Shown here one piece after another: positions 59,065-64,000 of a stretch of DNA of 64,000 bases (within the stretch, counting starts at the first letter, position 1; each line of letters starts with the position of its first letter). The stretch is taken from positions 7,979 through 71,978 of the forward strand of contig CACGYL010000003.1 in assembly GCA_902577285.1 (NCBI GenBank), read 5' to 3'. A program made the translations under genes and the position numbers. Origin of the DNA: an uncultured Pelagibacteraceae bacterium (GTDB lineage: Bacteria; Pseudomonadota; Alphaproteobacteria; Pelagibacterales; Pelagibacteraceae). Below the pieces are notes generated by a model that was not told where the DNA came from, made no database searches, and worked only from the letters and a program-made list of their open reading frames with translations.

Positions 59065-60007
59065 AAACCATAGATCATTTATATGTGGTGTAAAAGGTAA
59101 AGTTTTATCAAAAAAAGAAATTGAATTTTTAAAAAAATATAAGCCATGGGGAATAATTCTTTTTAAAAGAAATATTGAAAATATCAAACAAACTGTAAAT
59201 TTAACTAATTCGATTAAAAAAATTTTTAACAATAAAAATTATCCAATAATGGTTGATGAAGAGGGAGGAAGAGTAAGTAGATTAAGAAAATTTATTGATA
59301 ATTCAATTTTTACAGCAGAATACTTTGGCAACTTATATAAAAAAAATATTAATAAATTTGATATTTATTACAGTGTTTATGTTAAGCAAATTGCTTACCT
59401 TTTAAGATTATTAGGTATTAATATCAATACAGTGCCTGTTTTAGATATAAAAAGAAAAAAATTTCATAAAATCGTTGATGATAGATCATTTTCAACAGAT
59501 AAAAAAATTGTCTCAAAAATAGGTGATAGATGTATTAAACTTTTTCATTCAAATAGAGTTGCTACAGTTATTAAACATATTCCTGGACATGGTTTAGCTA
59601 AAGTAGATAGTCATAAAAATTTGCCAAGAATAACTAGAAATGAGCAATATTTAATCAAAAACGACTTTTATCCCTTTAAAAATAAAAGCTCCTTATTAGC
59701 AATGACGGGTCATTTGTTATTTGAAAAAATAGACCCTCAAAAGAATGCAACGCATTCTAAAAAAATAAATAAGCTAATAAGAAATAAAATAAAATTTAAA
59801 GGTTTGATAATGACAGATGATATTTCAATGAAAGCAATTAAGGATAAACTTGCAATAAGTGTAAAAAAATCATTTTTAGCAGGTTGCAACTTGGTATTAC
59901 ATTGCAATGGAAATTTGAGTGAAATGAAAATTGTTGCTCAAAATTCACCCAAAATAAACCAATTTATTATTAAAAAAACATCACAATTAACAAAGATTAT
60001 AGGTTAG
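59054..60007 (+). CDS. nagZ: Beta-N-acetylhexosaminidase (GH3)
   Basis: GIILFKRN, VDEEGGRV, KHIPGHG..VDSH, MTDDISM; start moved to ATG 59054. Confidence 0.92.
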   Translation: MIIKNHRSFICGVKGKVLSKKEIEFLKKYKPWGIILFKRNIENIKQTVNLTNSIKKIFNNKNYPIMVDEEGGRVSRLRKFIDNSIFTAEYFGNLYKKNINKFDIYYSVYVKQIAYLLRLLGININTVPVLDIKRKKFHKIVDDRSFSTDKKIVSKIGDRCIKLFHSNRVATVIKHIPGHGLAKVDSHKNLPRITRNEQYLIKNDFYPFKNKSSLLAMTGHLLFEKIDPQKNATHSKKINKLIRNKIKFKGLIMTDDISMKAIKDKLAISVKKSFLAGCNLVLHCNGNLSEMKIVAQNSPKINQFIIKKTSQLTKIIG

Positions 60008-60015
60008 AGTATTTT

Positions 60016-60753
60016 ATGCAATCAGATGATTCTTTAGACTTTAATGTAAATTTAAATAATTTTAATGGATCATTAGAAATATTACTTGATCTTGCAAAAT
60101 CTCAAAAAGTTGATTTAGAACAAATATCAATTACAAAATTAGCTGATCAATTTCACCAGTATATCACTGAAAAGGAAAACCTAAATCTAGAAATTGCATC
60201 CGAATATTTATTGATGGCTACTTGGCTTACTTATTTAAAGTCTAAATTACTACTTCCTGAAACAGATGAAGATGAATTTAAAGCCCTTGAGGTAGCTGAA
60301 AAACTTAAATTGCAATTAAAAAAATTAGAGTTGATCAGACTATTGTCTTCACAAATGTTAAACAGAAAAAGATTGGGAAGAGATATTTTTATGCGTGGCT
60401 CTAAAAGTGGCGTTAAGTCTATTTATGACAAAAAAGTTTCTCTAACTTTGTTTGAGTTATTGAAGACATATTCAGGAATTGTGATGACAAAAGATTTTCA
60501 TACTATGAATATTCCCAAACTACCTGTTTTTACAACTGAAGACGCTATTAAAAGAATTAAAGAGTTTTTTGGAAATCTTAATGAATGGAAAAATATTTCA
60601 GAGTTAGTTCCATCAGGTTTCAAAAATTCTCCTAATTTAAAAAAAACAGGTAAAGCCGGTATATTTGCAGGATCATTAGAATTAGTTAAAGAAGGCAATG
60701 TATCCTTGAAACAAAAAGAATTATTTGATGATATTTTTATTAAGGAAAATTAA
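60016..60753 (+). CDS. scpA: Segregation and condensation protein A
   Basis: FNGSLEILLDL, SEYLLMATWL.YLKSKLLLP, LELVKEG. Confidence 0.93.
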   Translation: MQSDDSLDFNVNLNNFNGSLEILLDLAKSQKVDLEQISITKLADQFHQYITEKENLNLEIASEYLLMATWLTYLKSKLLLPETDEDEFKALEVAEKLKLQLKKLELIRLLSSQMLNRKRLGRDIFMRGSKSGVKSIYDKKVSLTLFELLKTYSGIVMTKDFHTMNIPKLPVFTTEDAIKRIKEFFGNLNEWKNISELVPSGFKNSPNLKKTGKAGIFAGSLELVKEGNVSLKQKELFDDIFIKEN

Positions 60754-61442
60754 TGAATAAAATAAAAAAAAATAATATTGTAAAATTTCCAACTAAACTT
60801 ACTGAAGTAGAAAGAGAAATTGAGGCTATTATATTTGCTGCTGCAGAGCCTCTATCAGTAGAAACGATTGAGTCTAAATTATCAAAACCAACTGACATTC
60901 AACAATCATTAGAAAACCTTAAGGATTTTTACTCCAAAAGAGGTATTAATCTAATTTGTATTTCAAATAAATGGTCTTTTAGGACAGCAGTAAATTTATC
61001 ATCTTTAATGTCAGAACAAAAGACAGTTGAAAAAAAATTATCTAGAGCTGCGATAGAAACACTTGCGATCATTGTTTATCATCAACCTGTCACAAGATCT
61101 GAAATCGAAGAAATTAGAGGTGTTGCATTTGGAACAAATACTTTAGAAATTTTAATGGAACTAAATTGGGTTAAACACGAAGGTAGAAAAAATGTCCCAG
61201 GTAAGCCAATACAATATGGGACAACAGACGAATTTCTGAGTCATTTTAATCTTCAAAAATTATCAGATCTACCAACTGTCAATGAATTAGGTTCAGCAGG
61301 TTTAATTGATACTTCAAGTGTTGATGCATCAATTTTTGGAACAGGCAAATTTTTCAAAGAAAAACAAGTAGATAAAAAGGAAAATATTTATTCTGATATT
61401 GATGAAATGTTAAGCAGTACACTTAAAACAGACGAAACCTAA
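60753..61442 (+). CDS. scpB: Segregation and condensation protein B
   Basis: EAIIFA, LSRAAIETLAII.YHQPVTRSEIEEIRG, YGTTDEFL. Confidence 0.95.
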   Translation: MNKIKKNNIVKFPTKLTEVEREIEAIIFAAAEPLSVETIESKLSKPTDIQQSLENLKDFYSKRGINLICISNKWSFRTAVNLSSLMSEQKTVEKKLSRAAIETLAIIVYHQPVTRSEIEEIRGVAFGTNTLEILMELNWVKHEGRKNVPGKPIQYGTTDEFLSHFNLQKLSDLPTVNELGSAGLIDTSSVDASIFGTGKFFKEKQVDKKENIYSDIDEMLSSTLKTDET

Positions 61443-61485
61443 AAATTCACTTTTAAATAATCAATAATAAGGTTATAAGCAATTC

Positions 61486-61683
61486 ATGAGTATAGGTTTT
61501 TGGCAAATTGCAATTGTGGTGATCTTAGTTGTTCTACTATTTGGTAGAGGAAAAATATCCAGCTTGATGGGTGATGTAGCAAAGGGCATTAAAAGTTTTA
61601 AAAAGGGAATGGCTACAGATGTAAATGATGATAGCCAAAATAAAAATATTTCTGATAATCAAGACTCAAATAATAAAGAGTAA
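61486..61683 (+). CDS. tatA: Twin-arginine translocase TatA
   Basis: [23 protein letters not shown]. Confidence 0.94.
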   Translation: MSIGFWQIAIVVILVVLLFGRGKISSLMGDVAKGIKSFKKGMATDVNDDSQNKNISDNQDSNNKE

Positions 61684-61686
61684 AAA

Positions 61687-61920
61687 ATGCCATCAATTGG
61701 CTGGTTAGAAATCTTAATAATTGTTTCGATTGCGATAATTGTTGTAGGGCCAAAAGATTTCCCTTTTATGTTAAAAAAAATTGGATCATGGATAGGTTCA
61801 GCTAAAAGATATGTCAGAGATGTTCAAGGACAAGTAAGTGATTTAACAAATGAAACTTTAAGTACTGATATAGAAGAAAAACCAAAATCAGAAAATCAAA
61901 AAAAGAAAAAAGATGAGTAA
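61687..61920 (+). CDS. tatB: Twin-arginine translocase TatB
   Basis: IGWLEILI..IIVVGPKDFP; between tatA and tatC. Confidence 0.9.
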   Translation: MPSIGWLEILIIVSIAIIVVGPKDFPFMLKKIGSWIGSAKRYVRDVQGQVSDLTNETLSTDIEEKPKSENQKKKKDE

Positions 61921-62683
61921 AGATAAAGAAGGAAGCTTTATAAGTCATTTAACAGAGTTAAGAAAAAGATTAATTAATTCTTTGATATTTCTAGCAGTGC
62001 TTTTTGTAATTTGTTATTATTTTTCTGAATACATCTATGGCTTTCTTGTAGAACCGTATGCAAATGCAGTAAAAGATGATGATGTAAATAGGAGATTAAT
62101 ATTTACTGCACTTCAAGAAACTTTTTTAACTTATTTAAAAGTTTCTTTTTTTACAGCATTTTTTATTACAAGCCCATTCATACTAATTCAAATTTGGAAA
62201 TTTATAGCACCTGGTCTTTATAATCATGAAAAGAAAGCCATAATGCCATATCTTGTAGTAACTCCTATTTTATTTTTACTTGGCGGCATGCTTGTTTATT
62301 ATTTGATAATGCCACTTGCCATAAAGTTTTTTTTATCATTTGAAAGTTTAGGAGCAGCTACAAATTTACCAATACAACTAGAAGCTAAAGTTAATGAATA
62401 TTTATCATTAGTTATGAAGCTAATTTTTGCATTTGGATTAAGTTTTCAATTACCAGTAGTATTGAGTTTATTGGCAAGAATAGGCGTTGTTAATTCAACT
62501 TTTCTTAAAGAGAGAAGAAAATATGTTGTTGTTATTATATTTGCGGCAGCTGCAGTATTAACACCTCCTGATCCAATTACTCAAATAGGTTTGGGAATTC
62601 CATTATTAATTTTATATGAATTATCAATAATATCAGTAGGAATAATTGAAAAAAAATTAGAAGAAAAAAATGCACAATATTAA
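61913..62683 (+). CDS. tatC: Twin-arginine translocase TatC
   Basis: HLTELRKR, WKFIAPGLY, FQLPV, LTPPDPITQ. Confidence 0.96.
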   Translation: MSKDKEGSFISHLTELRKRLINSLIFLAVLFVICYYFSEYIYGFLVEPYANAVKDDDVNRRLIFTALQETFLTYLKVSFFTAFFITSPFILIQIWKFIAPGLYNHEKKAIMPYLVVTPILFLLGGMLVYYLIMPLAIKFFLSFESLGAATNLPIQLEAKVNEYLSLVMKLIFAFGLSFQLPVVLSLLARIGVVNSTFLKERRKYVVVIIFAAAAVLTPPDPITQIGLGIPLLILYELSIISVGIIEKKLEEKNAQY

Positions 62684-63929
62684 AGATATTAGAAAAGACT
62701 TTAATAATTTTAAGGAAAAACTTAAAAATCGTAACATTGATACAGATCTTGATAATATTATAAGTCTAGATGAACAGAATAGAAAGCTTATTCAAGAAAA
62801 AGAAACACTTGAAATGGAAAAAAAAACTATTTCAAAATCTAAAGACCAAAAATTATTTGAAAAATCAAAAGAACTCTCAGTTAAAATTGAAGAAATTAAC
62901 AAAAATCAATCAAAACTGCAGAGCCAAATTGATAACATATTGTCATCAATACCAAACTTACCTTTAAGCGATGTTCCAATTGGTCAGGATGAAAATGCTA
63001 ATGTAGAGATTGAAAAAAAAGGTGAAATTAAAGAATTTGATTTTAAACCAAAAACCCACTTTGAATTAGGTGAAAATCTGAATATGCTTGATTTTGATTT
63101 AGCCACAAAAACCACAGGCTCTAGGTTTGTATTTGTAAAAAAACAATTAGCTCAACTCGAAAGAGCTCTATCTAATTTTATGATAGATACCCATACACAA
63201 AAAAATGGTTACACAGAAATATCACCTCCATTAATAGCTACCGCTGAGACTATGTATGGAACTGGGCAATTACCAAAATTTGAAAATGATCAATTTGAAA
63301 TTAAATTAGATGCAGATGAAGGAAGAAAGTTTTTGATTCCAACTGCTGAAGTTATTTTAACTAATATAGTAAAAAACCAAATTATAAATAAGGATGATCT
63401 ACCAATTAGAGTTGTAGCTTCAACTCCATGTTTTAGAAAAGAAGCAGGTAGTTACGGCAAAGATACAAAAGGCATGATTAGACAACATCAGTTTTATAAA
63501 GTTGAATTAGTTAGCATAGTTGAAAATGATAAATGTGCCGATGAGTTAGAGCGTATGTCGAATTCAGCTACTATGATTTTAGATGAGTTAAAACTTCCAT
63601 ATAGAAAAATCATTTTATGTACTGGTGACATGGGTTTTAGTGCCGAAAAAACGTATGACATTGAGGTTTGGCTCCCTTCTGAAAATAGATATAGAGAAAT
63701 TTCTAGTTGCTCCTCTTGTGGATCATTCCAAGCAAGAAGGATGAAAGCAAGATACAAAGATAAAAATAATTCAAAGGAGTTTTTAGGAACATTAAATGGT
63801 AGCGGGTTGGCTGTTGGACGTACAATGATAGCAATAATGGAAAATTATCAAACTAAAGACGGTTCAATTTTAATTCCTGATGTTCTAAAGCCATATATGC
63901 ATAATATAGACAAAATTTCCGCCAATTAA
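62670..63929 (+). CDS. serS: Serine--tRNA ligase
   Basis: GTGQLPKF, LIPTAE, FRKEAG, RQHQF, EISSCS, TLNGSGLAVGR. Confidence 0.97.
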   Translation: MHNIKDIRKDFNNFKEKLKNRNIDTDLDNIISLDEQNRKLIQEKETLEMEKKTISKSKDQKLFEKSKELSVKIEEINKNQSKLQSQIDNILSSIPNLPLSDVPIGQDENANVEIEKKGEIKEFDFKPKTHFELGENLNMLDFDLATKTTGSRFVFVKKQLAQLERALSNFMIDTHTQKNGYTEISPPLIATAETMYGTGQLPKFENDQFEIKLDADEGRKFLIPTAEVILTNIVKNQIINKDDLPIRVVASTPCFRKEAGSYGKDTKGMIRQHQFYKVELVSIVENDKCADELERMSNSATMILDELKLPYRKIILCTGDMGFSAEKTYDIEVWLPSENRYREISSCSSCGSFQARRMKARYKDKNNSKEFLGTLNGSGLAVGRTMIAIMENYQTKDGSILIPDVLKPYMHNIDKISAN

Positions 63930-63983
63930 GAGTTGAGTTTGAATATAAGATAAGATAAATAGCCTTAACAAATTATATACGTT

Positions 63984-64000
63984 ATGGACGCTGGAATTGG
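63984..64000 (+). CDS. Start of next CDS (MDAGI...), possibly yajC; truncated by window end
   Basis: ATG GAC GCT GGA ATT GG; yajC commonly lies downstream of serS in Alphaproteobacteria, but only 17 nt are visible. Confidence 0.3.

Noticed and set aside
1613-63757. Numerous 60-140 aa antisense or shifted-frame ORFs inside well-supported genes (e.g. 1613-1963, 8151-8546, 22403-22819, 39026-39415, 49613-50005)
   Set aside because: They are shadows of conserved genes, with no motifs and a composition expected from reverse-complemented codons.
63984-64000. GGAATTGG at the window end resembling a tRNA-Leu D-loop
   Set aside because: The preceding bases do not fit a tRNA 5' acceptor strand plus TGGC/TAGC; an ATG-initiated CDS start is the simpler reading.

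Overview
AT-rich, densely packed alphaproteobacterial chromosome segment. Gene content and order point to SAR11/Pelagibacterales (inference). Core blocks are tpiA-secG-pyrG-kdsA-eno-ftsB-lipA, ispDF, ntrYX-trkAH, aapJQMP, three tRNAs, valS-ilvD-manC on the left and xth-erpA-dgt-argS-nagZ-scpAB-tatABC-serS on the right. They flank a ~26 kb phosphorus-starvation island (~24970-50680). The island encodes lipid remodelling (DAG kinase, plcP, agt-like glycosyltransferase), phoR, pstSCAB-phoU-phoB, sixA, ppk1-ppx, an orphan phnX, a truncated glpD, a ugpBAEEC-type transporter with glpQ and a 2H phosphoesterase, and an ArsR-less arsenate module. A zur-znuBCA cassette follows. Reading the intergenic DNA directly shows 11-bp-periodic Pho-box-like arrays upstream of pstS, phnX, ugpB and the arsenic operon. 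A further orphan array points into non-coding DNA with a hairpin (candidate PhoB-driven sRNA or antisense RNA). The zinc cassette sits between two in-orientation stubs of what looks like a disrupted DsbA/HCCA-isomerase gene. No CRISPR, rRNA, integrase or transposase was seen. All family calls are by motif recognition, without database searches.
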